A DNA stretch of 64,000 nt. Source: Macrostomum lignano (lineage: Eukaryota). This document shows, in pieces, positions 49,901-62,139 of this stretch. A program made the translations under genes and the position numbers. The DNA lies in the NCBI GenBank assembly GCA_002269645.1, contig NIVC01000092.1, positions 496,001-560,000 on the forward strand. The letters run 5' to 3'. Within the stretch, counting starts at the first letter, position 1; the number at the start of each line of letters is the position of its first letter. The notes under the pieces are model-generated. The model saw only the letters and a program-made list of their open reading frames with translations, had not been told where the DNA came from and did no database searches.

Positions 49901-52900
49901 CAACTCGATGAGCAATCGCGGCGGCCGCTATAACGAAGCCGAATTGCGCGACGTTGCCAACCGGGTGTACGAGAGCGTGCGCGACGTTCGACGGGCTGTT
50001 GTGCACCGCGTTGACGAGTCGCAATTTCCCGGCAGCTACGGCAGCAGAGACAGGCTTGGTGGCATGTTTGACACCTTGCGACACGCCAGCACCGGCAGCG
50101 GGGCCGCTCAGGACCACGGACAGGTAAATATTGTTATATAACTTTTAAGTATACCATAGAAAAATTGCAGGACACCTTTGGTTAAGTAAGCTAGATGTAC
50201 TTTTGATTTCTTAGACAGGATGCATCTAAAGTTTTAAGGGCAAGATGTACTTTTAGTTTCCTGGACAAGGTTCACTTTTGATTTCTTAGACAGGATGCAT
50301 CTAAAGTTTTAAGGGCAAGATGTACTTTTAGTTTCCTGGACAAGGTTCACTTTTGATTTCTTAGACAGGATGCATCTAAAGTTTTAAAAACAAGATGAAC
50401 TTTTAGTTACCTGGAAAAGGTGTACTTTTGATTTCTTAGACAGGATGCATCTAAAGTTTTAAAAACAAGATGAACTTTTAGTTACCTGGACAAGGTGTAC
50501 TTTTGAGTTCTTAGACAGAATGCATCTAAAGTTTTAAGGACAAGATGTACTTTTAGTTACCTGGACAGGGTATACTTTTAGTTTCCTGGACAAGGTGTAC
50601 TTTTGAGTTCTTAGACAGAATGCATCTAAAGTTTTAAGGACAAGATGTACTTTTAGTTACCTGGACAAGATGTACTTTTGATTTCTTAGACAGGATGCAT
50701 CTTAGGTTTTAAGGACAATATGTACTTTTAGTTTCAAGGACAAGATGTACTTTTAGTTACCTGGACAAGATGTACTTTTGGTTTCTAGGACACAATGCAC
50801 TTTTAGTTTACAGGACAAACTGCAAGTTTATAGCACACAATGCGTTTTTTGGTTTCTGAAAAAGTTGTCATTGATGTTGTTATTGTAAGTTGTAATTGAA
50901 ACAAAAGGTATACCTTGAGGTTTGTGGGACAGGGTGCATCAGATTTTTTTCAGAACAAGTTGTACCTTTGATTTTTTGGACGGCTTCCAGTTCATCTAAG
51001 TGATTTAAAGACATTTTTGTAGCTAATCAAGGGTTATAATAAAGGTTTCTATGAATCAGTGTTTCTTCAGACCCTGTACCGTAAAGCTTTTTCTTACAAT
51101 GTCTCAAATAGCCTACTAACAGTAGGTTACCCGCGCATTCGAGTGGATTATTTTATCTTTCAAAGTATTATTATTCGCCCTTTTTATCGAAAAAAAGGAC
51201 AACGAATTTGACTGGCAGTGCAGCTACTACCCGGATTATGATGTGAGCCTGGCTGATCGACGCTGGATTAACTCGTGTTTTAGAAATGTTTTTACTGCGT
51301 ACATTTTCTATTAGTCAGATTTCATTGTTCACTACTCAGCGAGTGTGTGAAGTTAAGAGAAGAATGAATCTGACAGTTCATTAATGCGGACTTTTTGCTT
51401 ATTTTGATTCGTTTTCAATTTGATCACATTACTTTCACAGATTTGCGCATGCATTTCAAACTGTACTCATGTGTAAGTGTATATGCTTCATCTGCTTGTG
51501 CTGAAGAAGAACATGCATATTAAATAGATTGGATAGAAGAATGACGGACAAGTAGCTCTTAAGAGAAAGGAAGAGAAAGTGTGAGATGCAAGAAACAGAC
51601 AGACCAGGGATTTGGGAAGGTTTTGAAAATACATATCGTCATATCATCTTCATACATATGTGAGGTATTGAGAGAGACAGGTGAGATCTGTCAGACACGG
51701 AGATTGAGCTGATTGACAGATGAGAGAGACAGGTGAGATCTGTGAGACACTGGATTGACATGGTTGACAGATGAGAGAGACAGGTGAGATTTGAGACACG
51801 GAGATTGAACTGATTGACAGATAAGAGACAGGTGAGATCTGTGAGATACGGAGATTGAACTGATTGACAGATGAGTGCTGTGAGACACTGAGATGGAGTT
51901 GATTGACAGGTGAGAGCTGTAAGACACAGAGATTGAGTTGATTGACGGGTTAGAGCTGTGAGACACAGAGATTGAGTTGATTGACGGGTTAGAGCAGTGA
52001 GACACAGAGATTGAGTTGATTGACAGGTGAGAGCTGTGAGACACAGAGATTGAGTTGATTGACGGGTTAGAGCAGTGAGACACAGAGATTGAGTTGATTG
52101 ACAGGTGAGAGCTGTGAGACACGGTGATGGAGTTGATTGACAGGTAAGCGCTATGAGACACAGAGATTGAGTTGATTGACAGGTGAGAGCTGTGAGACAC
52201 GGAGATTGAGTTGATTGACAGGTAAGCGCTGTGAGACACGGAGATTGAGGTGATTGACGGGTTAGAGCTGTGAGACACAGAGATTGAGTTGATTGGGAAA
52301 TATTCGGAGCAGAGCATGTTGCCCACAATGAATTACCTGAGCGCCATCAATCAACCATCACCGCGCAGGAGAATGTCATCGAAGAAGTTGATGACGAGAA
52401 CAACCAGCGCCGCCTGATGGCTATGCTGCCAGCCCAGGAGCGCGAGCGGATTAGCGAAGAAATTAACCACTTTATTGAGGAGAGGCAGAAGCTGCTGCGC
52501 GAGACGGTGAAATGGGACGATTCGGCCAACGAGATTGTTGTCCTGGCCAAGCAGATGTGCCTCATCATGATGGAGATGACGGATTTCACTCGGGGTCGGG
52601 GACCTCTAAAAAGCACAATGGACGTGATTAAGGCGGCTAAACGAATCTCGGACTGCGGACAGAAGCTGGACAAGCTGGCCAAAGCGGTGGCCGACGAGTG
52701 TCCGGATTCGAACACGAAGAACGATTTGCTGGCTTACCTACAGCGGATCACCCTGTACTGCCACCAGCTGAACATCACCAGCAACGTGAAGGTGAACGTG
52801 CAGAGCGCCGCCGGTGGCGAACTGATTGTGTCTGGATTAGACAGCGCCACGTCGTTAATCCAGGCTGCCAAGAATCTGATCATAGCCGTAGTGCTGGTTG

Positions 52901-53148
52901 TGAAGGCCAGCTATATTGCTAGCACTCAATACAAGCGCGGCCCCGGCCAGCGTGCCGTTGTTCAGTGGCGCATGCGGGCCCCTGGCAAGAAGCAGCTGTA
53001 CTCGCCAGCTGTACAGGACGACTTCGGCGTGATCGGCGGCGGCCCGGACGGCGGCCTGATGAGGCACGGCTCGCACGGCCAGGACACGTCTCAGCCGTTG
53101 CGCGAGCTGGCCGACTTCGACCAGGGCCAGGATGAGACCTTCGCTTAG
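43375..53148 (+). CDS. CTNNA: Alpha-catenin (about 931 aa); exons 43375-43860, 44448-44657, 45551-45730, 46362-46742, 47014-47371, 49723-50123, 52369-53148
   Basis: KWDPKNLEIRTKSVERTLEPLVTQVTTL, LLSAVTRLLILADM, EERLEHIISGAALLADS, KWDDSANEIVVLAKQMC and LDSATSLIQAAKNL are hallmark alpha-catenin motifs. All six introns are GT-AG with consistent phase. Confidence 0.96.
43880..44370. repeat. Intronic minisatellite, 36-bp CCAAACTATTGCATTGGGTTGTTGAGGACCGGCGGC (CTNNA intron 1)
   Basis: About 12 near-perfect units with degenerate edge copies. Confidence 0.96.
44685..45470. repeat. Intronic minisatellite, 21-bp GGGATCTGATATTGAGGCTAT (CTNNA intron 2)
   Basis: Tandem units drifting from GAGGCT to GATGCT variants. 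Confidence 0.95.
45750..46330. repeat. Composite intronic repeats (about 43-bp and 23-bp GATCTGAG-containing units; CTNNA intron 3)
   Basis: GGGATCTGAGCTTGAGGTTT x3 and GAGGATCTGAGCATCAGATTAAT x7. Confidence 0.85.
46757..46990. repeat. (CAGA)n microsatellite (CTNNA intron 4)
   Basis: Read directly. Confidence 0.95.
47906..49650. mobile_element. Second copy of the 9058-9625 repeat family with an internal 42-bp minisatellite (48180-49490, about 31 units) in CTNNA intron 5
   Basis: Shared blocks GTTGAAA.CGTTACCG.GACAAGAAT, GTTAGCGCTTAACTTTCTACT and GACCTGTACCGTGA...TTTCCTATTTTACCTGTGTTAC. The unit is CTCTACGGCGCCAGAGTCATTATAGAAACGCCTCAGATGCGA. Confidence 0.85.
50195..50800. repeat. Intronic repeat: about 25-bp monomers in a 75-bp higher-order unit (CTNNA intron 6)
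   Basis: GATTTCTTAGACAGG recurs at 50205, 50280 and 50355. Confidence 0.88.
51675..52295. repeat. Intronic minisatellite, about 39-bp GACAGGTGAGAGCTGTGAGACACAGAGATTGAGTTGATT (CTNNA intron 6)
   Basis: Tandem units read directly. Confidence 0.92.
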
Positions 53149-53364
53149 TGTCGGCGTCCAGCTTTTTTAATCGAAACAACTGACTAACTGTTTGGTGAAT
53201 CTTTTTCTAACAATGTTATTTATCTCGTATAAAAAACAGAATTGTTTTGTTACCGAAATGTTTACCGTTTGAATGCTATGTTTTTTTATTGTTTTCATAT
53301 CGATAATTGTACTACCTGGTTACTACGACGAGCGCGCCAGTTTGATTAGTGGTAGAGATTCGCT

Positions 53365-54062
53365 TAGGTCAGGGGAAGGGGGTAGAAACCCGCTGTAGGA
53401 CAGGTGAGGGGGTAGATACCCGATGCTGTAGGACAGGTGAGGGCGTAGATACCCGATGCTGTAGGACAGGTGAGGGGGTAGATACCCGATGCTGTAGGAC
53501 AGGTGAGGGCGTAGATACCCGATGCTGTAGGGCAGGTGAGGGCGTAGATACCCGATTCTGTAGGACAGGTGAGGGCGTAGATACCCGATGCTGTAGGACA
53601 GGTGAGGGCGTAGATACCCAATGCTGTAGGACAGGTGAGGGGGTAGATACCCGCTATGGAAGGTCAGGAGAAGAGGGTAGAGACCCGCTGTAGAAGGACA
53701 GGGGAAGGGGGTAGAGACCCGCTGTAGAAGGACAGGGGAAGGGGGTAGAGACCCGCTGTAGAAGGACAGGGGAAGGGGGTAGAGACCCGCTGTAGAAGGA
53801 CAGGGGAAGGGGGTAGAGACCCGCTGTAGAAGGACAGGGGAAGGGGGTAGAGACCCGCTGTAGAAGGACAGGGGAAGGGGTAGAGACCCGCTGTAGAAGG
53901 ACAGGGGAAGGGGGTAGAGACCCGCTGTAGAAGGACAGGGGAAGGGGGTAGAGACCCGCTGTAGAAGGACAGGGGAAGGGGGTAGAGACCCGCTGTAGAA
54001 GGACAGGGGAAGGGGGTAGAGACCCGCTGTAGAAGGACAGGGGAAGGGGGTAGAGACCCGCT
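53365..54062. repeat. Two-domain G-rich minisatellite (33-bp then 34-bp units) downstream of CTNNA
   Basis: GTAGATACCCGATGCTGTAGGACAGGTGAGGGC, then GTAGAGACCCGCTGTAGAAGGACAGGGGAAGGGG. Confidence 0.94.
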
Positions 54063-54969
54063 AAATGACGATGGAACTGAAGCTCGCATATTGCGTAAGT
54101 TAGAATTGTAAATCTATATTTATCACATATTTCGTAGTGTACACATCAAGCGCTAAAAAAAGTATTTTAGCAAATGATTTTTAAACAGTTTTATCGTGAT
54201 TCTCGCTAATGGTTATTATTGATAAATATATTAATAAAGGCATAAAAAGCTTACTCACTACTTCTGCTTATCATATGCGTACTTTTAGTTAAACTAAATA
54301 TTCATCAATTTTGTACAATTGGCTGTGTCCAAAAATTTTTTAACTTCATCTTTCGCGCACCAATTTCACTACAGTGCTTGCTATGAAACTTTTAATTACG
54401 CGTGGACCAATTTTTCTATTTATTTTTTAATTGGCTTCTATTTACCAGTAGAAGCCCCGTAAACTGCTAATACGAATGATACTGGCTGTGATGATCTGTT
54501 ATTCCAAGAAACAGTTAATATAAATATTATACTAAAAATATTTTTTTACTTACTATGTTAATATTAGTAGTGTATTTTAATATTTTGAATATTTATAATT
54601 ATAGAAAAACCATCGCTAAATTAGTTACTGGGCTTGTTGTGTTTCATTAGCTCGTGACCGTGATTTCAACAACTACTAATAATTGAGTTTTGAAACGAAA
54701 CAATGGAAAAAATCCATACGGCAGCGCTGAATCGCGGTTTGGTTTCACTTCTTCTCTTCCTTAAAATTAAAAAAATATATGTATTGGCTTTATATGCTGG
54801 TGCGTTAAAAAGCCCCATTACTTACTGCTTCTGGCTTTATGTTTTTTATTCCAATTGTTAGTATTCCTTTGTTTGCGAAAGCTGCTGTGGTGTATTGCAA
54901 TCGTCATTTGATATGACAGCATAGAGCGAAAAACATACATGTATTTGCAGATTTTTCGTCGCGATCTCT

Positions 54970-55785
54970 CATCTATAGATGCTTTAGAGTGCACAGCCAT
55001 ACCTCATCTATAGATGCTTTAGAGTGCACAGCCATACCTCATCTATAGATGCTTTAGAGTGCACAGCTACCCTCATCTTTAGATGCTTTAGAGTGCACAG
55101 CTACCCTCATCTATAGATGCTTTAGAGTGCACAGCTACCCTCATCTTTAGATGCTTTAGAGTGCACAGCTACCCTCATCTATAGATGCTTTAGAGTGCAC
55201 AGCTACCCTCATCTATAGATGCTTTAGAGTGCACAGCTATCCCTTATCTTTAGATGCTTTAGAGTGCACAGCTATCCCTTATCTTTAGATGCTTTAGAGT
55301 ACACAGCTACCCTCATCTATAGATGCTTTAGAGTGCACAGCTATCCCTTATTTTTAGATGCTTTAGAGTGCACAGCTATCCCTTATCTTTAGATGCTTTA
55401 GAGTGCACAGCCACACCTCATCTATAGATGCTTTAGAGTGCACAGCTACCCTCATCTTTAGATGCTTTAGAGTGCACAGCTACCCTCATCTATAGATGCT
55501 TTAGAGTGCACAGCTACCCTCATCTATAGATGCTTTAGAGTGCACAGCTACCCTCATCTATAGATGCTTTAGAGTGCACAGCCACACCTTATCTTTAGAT
55601 GCTTTAGAGTGCACAGCTATCCCTTATCTTTAGATGCTTTAGAGTGCACAGCTACCCTCATCTATAGATGCTTTAGAGTGCACAGCTACCCTCATCTATA
55701 GATGCTTTAGAGTGCACAGCCACACCTTATCTTTAGATGCTTTAGAGTGCACAGCTATCCCTTATCTTTAGATTCTTTAGAGTGC
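54970..55785. repeat. Minisatellite, 34-35-bp TAGATGCTTTAGAGTGCACAGCTACCCTCATCTA, upstream of SLC9A8
   Basis: Tandem units. Confidence 0.95.
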
Positions 55786-56433
55786 AAGCTGTATTCGACT
55801 CTCGACTGAGACCGAAGGTTTGATTGTGTGCTAGAAAAATGGCTTTAGAGATTTAGCACGCGATTCGCGTCCATGAAGGGCCAACCCTAAAGGCGCAGAG
55901 AGTCTACATTGCGTGATTCTGAGAAAGGTATGACTATTTTGCCTCCTAGCTTGCTGCTGGTTGACTGTCGTCTTGTTGTTGGCCAGTTTCTAAAATTCTA
56001 AAGCTCCTGTTAACCGTGGTACGACAGCTTAAACCCCATAAGTCTACAGAACCTCTACAGTTCAGCGCTGCTCCTTTGTTTTTAGGTTTGTTTAAATCAG
56101 CATTTTTTCGCTACAGAAATTTTCATTAGGTCTGGGTTCTCCTATTCAAAGCCATTTAAAAAGCAGATCAATTAATTGCATCTATTGAATGCAACGCTTT
56201 ATTTTGTAGGCAATCATCATCAATTGATTAAAGACCAGCAGTCAGTTTTCCATCCATATTCTATTCATTGTTTCGCGTGCTATTTTGATTTATTAATTCT
56301 CAATTATGATTTTGATTGCATGCATAAACAGTGACAAAATCAGGCGGACCCAGCAAATGTGTCGTCCTAATCGTCGCGTTGAAAAATAGTTGAGTCAATC
56401 GACTGGTGCGAAATTAGTCAAATTAGCCAAATC

Positions 56434-59400
56434 ATGGTCATGTCTACGCCATCCGTGAGCGCCGCTAATCAGTCGTTGCTAGGCAACGGTAGCGGCGTCG
56501 TATCGCCCAGTCCGATTCCTCCGGGCGGCTCGGCAACCACAGCTTCGGTGAACTCAGCCTCAGAGATGGAGCACACAGTTTCAATGACGCTATTCTTTGT
56601 GCTAGCTGTGCTGGGTCTTTGTATTCTAGTGATTCACTTGCTGATTAAATTGAAGCTCACTTACCTGCCGGAGTCCATCGCTGTGGTGTTTGTTGGCGCA
56701 CTAATTGGCCTGTTATTGCAATTAATTGGCAACTGGCGCAAAGAGGAAGCATTCCCTCCTATGATTTTCTTCCTAGTGATTCTGCCGCCAATCATATTCG
56801 AGTCCGGCTACAATCTGCACAAAGGCAACTTCTTTCACAACATTGGCAGCATCCTATTGTTCGCCATATTGGGCACGGTAATCTCTGCAGCGGTAATTGG
56901 CGCCGGTGTTTACCTGGTAGGCGTTGCCGGCATCACATATCAGCTCACTTTGGTGGAAAGCTTCGCATTTGGGTCGCTAATATCGGCCGTTGATCCAGTG
57001 GCAACGCTGGCCATCTTTCAGGCTATAAAAGTGGATCCCATACTATACATGTTGGTGTTTGGCGAGAGTATTCTTAATGATGCGGTCTCCATTGTGCTTA
57101 TGACTACCGTTATACAGGTAGGAATCTGAATTTCTGAATCCTACTACTGTTTTTTTTTAAATTAAAAATTATCAACAAATTTAGTAGATGGACTAGCGCG
57201 ACGTGCCCCCCGAAGGGGCACTCTGGTATACTGGGCAAGTAGATTGCGATACAGAATAGACGTTTCATTATTTTGTCTTACAGTGAAGTGAATAATCATC
57301 ATTGACCTAAAATGCCTCCTAGTCTATGTTACTATGAAACAGATTGACCGAATGGGGTTATTAATGTTTAAGTTATACCTATAATATATTGAGTAATAAT
57401 AGAGGGTTATAGCCTAGTGGTTAGAGCGTCGGACTTACGACTAAAAGGTCGGTGATTCGATTCTTGAACCACTCGGAACAATGTGTCCTTGAGCAAGACA
57501 TTTAAATTTGTATTGCTTCAGTTAACCCAGCTGTAAAATGGGTGCCAGAATTAGCTGGAGTAATTGAGGGTGTGTGGCTGTCTAGGTCAATCTACAACCT
57601 AATGATTAGTTAATGATAAGTAGGTTATAGTTACTAAATAGGTACTATATGTTAACTTTCTCAACAAATAGGTGAAACCGGAAGACGGCGGACTTCACGC
57701 TCTTGGCTTAGCCGTGTTAAATTTCTTTAAAACATTCCTGTGCTCTGCCGGCATTGGCACAATGTTCGCCTTGGCCTCCGCACTGCTACTCAAATGGGTG
57801 GACTTGCGTAAGACTCCCTCGTTGGAGGTTGGCATTATGCTCATATTCAGCTATGCGCCCTACTGCCTGGCTGAGGGCTTGCACATGTCCGGCATCATGG
57901 CCATCTTGTTCGCTGGCATAGTCATGTCGCACTACACTCACAGGAATCTGTCTCCAGTCACTCAGATCACTGTGCAGCACACGTTTCGCACAATGGCATT
58001 CCTAGCTGAGACACTGGTGTTCGCCTACTTGGGCTTAGCCATATTCAGCTTTAGTCATCTATTGCAGCCGTCATTGGTGATCTGGTGCATCGCGCTGTGC
58101 CTTCTCGGTCGCGCTTTTAACATCTTCCCGTTGAGCTTCTGTTTGAACTACTTTCGTCAGCACAAGATTACGCTGAAAAATCAATTGATTATGTGGTTCT
58201 CCGGTCTGCGCGGCGCTATCGCATTCGCTCTGGCTATTCATCTGGATGTGCGCGGCGAGACTAGGCAGATATTGGTCACAACCACTCTGGTCATTGTGCT
58301 GTTCACCATACTGGTGCTGGGCGGCAGCACCATGCCGCTGATGAAGTGCTTAGAGCGGCGTCCGGCCTGGATGCAGACTTATTATTATTATAACGATCCA
58401 GCAGCCGGTTCTTCCAGGTGGGTTAAAAATCTCTGATTATCTAATGACCTAATATACGTCTGTCTAATTGAAGCTGCAAACAGTTATTGTCTGAAAACGA
58501 TGGAGATGGCTTCAAAAAGGTCGTGCGGGACTTTCGTGATGGTTTTCGTAAATCTCCCTGAATTTGGACCTCCCTGAATCTCCTTTCCCTTGTGCCGAAA
58601 TTTCACTTTTACTCTTCTAGTAGTGGCTCCACGTAGATATTGGCTGATTGCACTGATTGCTCCTTTCTACTCTCTATCCCATCTACTCTCTATCCCATCT
58701 AATCTCTATCCCATCTAATATCTATCCCGTCTAATCTCTATCCCATCTAATCTCTATCCCATCTAATCTCTATCCCAGCTACTCTCTATCCCATCTAATC
58801 TCTATCCCATCTAATCTCTATCCCATCTAATCTCTATCCCATCTAATCTCTATCCCATCTAATCTCTATCCCATCTAATCTCTATCCCCTCTCCTCTCTA
58901 TCCCATCTAATCTCTATCCCATCTAATCTCTATCCCGTCTAATCTCTATCCCGTCTAATCTCTATCCCATCTAATCTCTATCCCGTCTAATCTCTATCCC
59001 ATCTAATCTCTATCCCGTCTAATCTCTATCCCATCTAATCTCTATCCCGTCTAATCTCTATCCCATCTAATCTCTATCCCGTCTAATCTCTATCCCGTCT
59101 AATCTCTATCCCATCTAATCTCTATCCCGTCTAATCTCTATCCCGTCTAATCTCTATCCCGTCTAATCTCTATCCCGTCTAATCTCTATCCCGTCTAATC
59201 TCTATCCCATCTAATCTCTATCCCGTCTAATCTCTATCCCATCTAATCTCTATCCCATCTAATCTCTATCCCGTCTAATCTCTATCCCATCTAATCTCTA
59301 TCCCCTCTCCTCTCTCTCTATCTGTCTGCTTGAGGCAAAAGCTTGCCGACCCCTGATTCACAGTACTGCATGGTCCTACCGTTGAGTAATGCTTGCCGTA

Positions 59401-61278
59401 CTTTTAATAAATGTTCGATTTTTTTTACTTCTACGGTGGGATTTACCTACGTGGGCTTAGATTGCAGCTAATTTATTACAGCGTAGTCGCTATCGATCTA
59501 TTTTTTTAGCTCTTTTGATCTTTAAGAGATATTGAGCCTCTCAACCTGCCCCTAATCCCCTCCCCGCTTTTTAGTCTTTGATGACTGAGCGCTGAGGCGG
59601 AAAGCTCTCGATCAGCTTACAGCGAGCGTTCTGGCTGCGTTGCAAACCTGATAGTTAGTTGTCTTTAGTTCGGGTCTAGCTTAGTCAAATCAAGCTGCTT
59701 CTGTCATAGATGCTGACGTTGAGCCTTAGAGACCTTATTAAGCTTTTTTGAGAAACCTATTTTAATTTACGTCTGGAATAGCTCATAATGATGATTCCAC
59801 CGTAAAATTTAACTGGTACATTTAACTGCGCTTTATGTACATTTTCTCTCTATCAATCCCTTCAATCGCCCTCCAGTTCCCTTGAGAATCGTCCTCCAGT
59901 TCCCTGGAGAATCGCCCTCCAGATCCCTTGAGAATCGCCCTCCAGTTCCCTTGAGAATCGCCCTCCAGATCCCTTGAGAATCGCCCTCCAGTTCCCTTGA
60001 GAATCGCCCTCCAGTTCCCCTGAGAATCGCCCTCCAGTTCCCTTGAGAATCGCCCTCCAGTTCCTTTGAGAATCGCCCTTCATTTTCCTTGAGAATCGCC
60101 CACCAATTCCCTTGAGACTCGCCCTCCAGTTCCCTTGAGAATCGCCCTCCAGTTCCTTTGAGAATCGCCCTCCAGTTCCCTTGAGAATCGCCCTCCAATT
60201 CCCCTGAGAATCGCCCTCCAGTTCCCTTGAGAATCGCCCTCCAGTTCCCCTGAGAATCGCCCTCCAGTTCCTTTGAGAATCGCCCTCCAATTCCCTTGAG
60301 AATCGCCCTCCAATTCCCTTGAGAATCGCCCTCCAGTTCCCTTGAGAATCGCCCTCCAGTTCCCCTGAGAATCGCCCTCCAGTTCCCCTGAGAATCGCCC
60401 TCCAATTCCCTTGAGAATCGCCCTCCAGTTCCCTTGAGAATCGCCCTCCAGTTCCCTTGAGAATCGCCCTCCAGTTCCTTTGAGAATCGCCCTCCAGTTC
60501 CCTTGAGAATCGCCCTCCAGTTCCTTTGAGAATCGCCCTCCAGTTGCCTTGAGAATCGCCCTCCAGTTCCCTTAAGAATCGCCCTCCAGTTCCCTTGAGA
60601 ATCGCCCTCCAGTTCCTTTGAGAATCGCCCTCCAATTCCTTTGAGAATCGCCCTCCAGTTGCCTTGAGAATCGACCTCCAGTTCCCTTGACAATCGCCCT
60701 CCAGTTCCCTTGACAAACGCCCTCCAGTTCCCTTGAGAATCGCCCTCCAGTTCCCTTGACAATCGCCCTCCAGTTCCCTTAAGAATCGCCCTCCAGTTCC
60801 CTTGAGAATCGCCTAATTCCCTTGAAAATCACCCTCATTACGATCATCGCTTGTCAATCCGGTTCCTCCCAGATCGCGCCGGCGCCGCAGGCGGGCCCGC
60901 GAGAAGCAGGAAGTGACGCTGAGCAAAACCCAGATGGGCGCCGCCATGGACAGCGAGCAGTATTCGGAATTCGCCGAATCTGAAGTTGAACTCAGCGGCG
61001 GTGGCCCGGGCGTCCCAGTTGGTCCCGGCGGTCACAAGCTGCAGGGCTTCATCCGGCTTGACCTGCGCTACCTCATGCCATTCTTCACGCGCACCTTCAC
61101 GCATAAGGAGGTGACGGAGGGCCGGCAAATGATGACCACCCTGACTGACAAGTGGCGCCAGGAGGTGCGCAGCACCCCGGCCGGCGAGGGGGGCGACCCG
61201 GATGATGAGGAGGATGACGAAGACATTGACGAGGAGGCGTCTCACGCGGAGACGTCGCTCACTGCGGCTCAGCAATGA
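56434..61278 (+). CDS. SLC9A8: Sodium/hydrogen exchanger 8 (about 611 aa); exons 56434-57117, 57672-58417, 60873-61278
   Basis: YLPESIAVV, LPPIIFESGY, ISAVDPVATLAIF, VFGESILNDAV, HYTHRNLSPVTQ, WFSGLRGAIAFAL motifs, plus an NHE8-specific tail (TLSKTQM...GFIRLDLRYLMPFFTR...LTDKW). Splice phases are consistent. Confidence 0.94.
57193..57403 (-). mobile_element. Possible short non-autonomous Helitron
   Basis: On the minus strand a GC hairpin GTGCCCC-TTCGG-GGGGCAC is followed by GTCGCG-CTAG|T at 57193. A candidate 5' TCTATTATT lies at 57403, but it is not preceded by the expected A. Confidence 0.35.
57404..57570 (+). mobile_element. tRNA-derived SINE with CORE domain (SLC9A8 intron 1)
   Basis: A-box TAGCCTAGTGGTTAGAGCG and B-box-like GATTCGATTC, followed by GTGTCCTTGAGCAAGACA...CTTCAGTT..CCCAGCTGTAAAATGGG, which resembles the MIR/CORE consensus. 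Confidence 0.75.
58670..59310. repeat. Intronic minisatellite, 16-bp CTAATCTCTATCCCAT (SLC9A8 intron 2)
   Basis: Tandem units. Confidence 0.95.
59860..60820. repeat. Intronic minisatellite, 23-bp GAGAATCGCCCTCCAGTTCCCTT (SLC9A8 intron 2)
   Basis: About 40 tandem units. Confidence 0.95.
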
Positions 61279-62139
61279 TAGCAACAATAAAACCATTCTT
61301 TGGATATTTTGTTTGGTCCGTTTTGTGTGTGCTAAATGCCTTTATGCTCCAAAGCCTTTCCTGCAGTTCAAAGGTTCCACCTGTACTTGTCCTAATCAGC
61401 GGCCCTAAGTCGCCTAACTGATTCTGGCGTTTAAAAAACTAAATTTAAAACAGATATCTTTGTGCGCCTATTTTCATGAGATCTCGAGCAAAGATTACTA
61501 CATCCGTAGAAAGGCACGCGCATAGAGAAGGCATGTCATTAGTGCACGGCGTCCATTGAATCCGATTTTCAACTAGCAGTTGGATTTGAATCTCAACGCA
61601 TTCTGTCATTGTTTATTATAAGCTCTCCGTTTCATTTTGACAATATTTTGATAGGTCGAGGGCTTGAAACACTGGTAATAGAAAAGTGTATTGTTACAGA
61701 TCGTGATGATTGTACTGATTGTTTATGTACAATAATTTTCATATCTTGATTATTTTGGTGTACTGATTTATTCGAAGCTGTTCCCGTATTTGTTATACAT
61801 AATATATGCGTAATAAATGTATATTCGCGGCTGTATGTTCTCAATGTCTGAATCGTATTTTATTCCCAATAGTGTATCGAATTGATGTGCATCCCATGTT
61901 GTCTCTACTGGCTTATGTTTAGTGCATCTTTATTTATATGTTACACACTAATAAACTTTGTTTACAGATTTCCTCTGGGCTGGGTTTGTTGTTCAATCTG
62001 TTTGTGCCATTTAATCTCTGCTACTGCTGCTGGATGCTCTGCTATTTCATATTTTATGTAATGTTTAAATTTCCGCACCGGATTTCGCTTTCAGTTTTGT
62101 TCTTTCCCCGTGAATTTTCTTCTTGTTGACTGGCTTGGA

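Noticed and set aside
57404-57480. tRNA gene
   Set aside because: The acceptor and T stems do not close properly, and the sequence continues into a CORE-like SINE body.
7572-60872. Introner-type (transposon-generated) intron family
   Set aside because: Introns share no terminal or internal similarity with each other and show no TIRs at splice sites. AG|...|GT duplication is seen in only 5 of 22 introns, compatible with the ordinary proto-splice consensus. Array units do not match flanking exons, which argues against direct exon-duplication origin.
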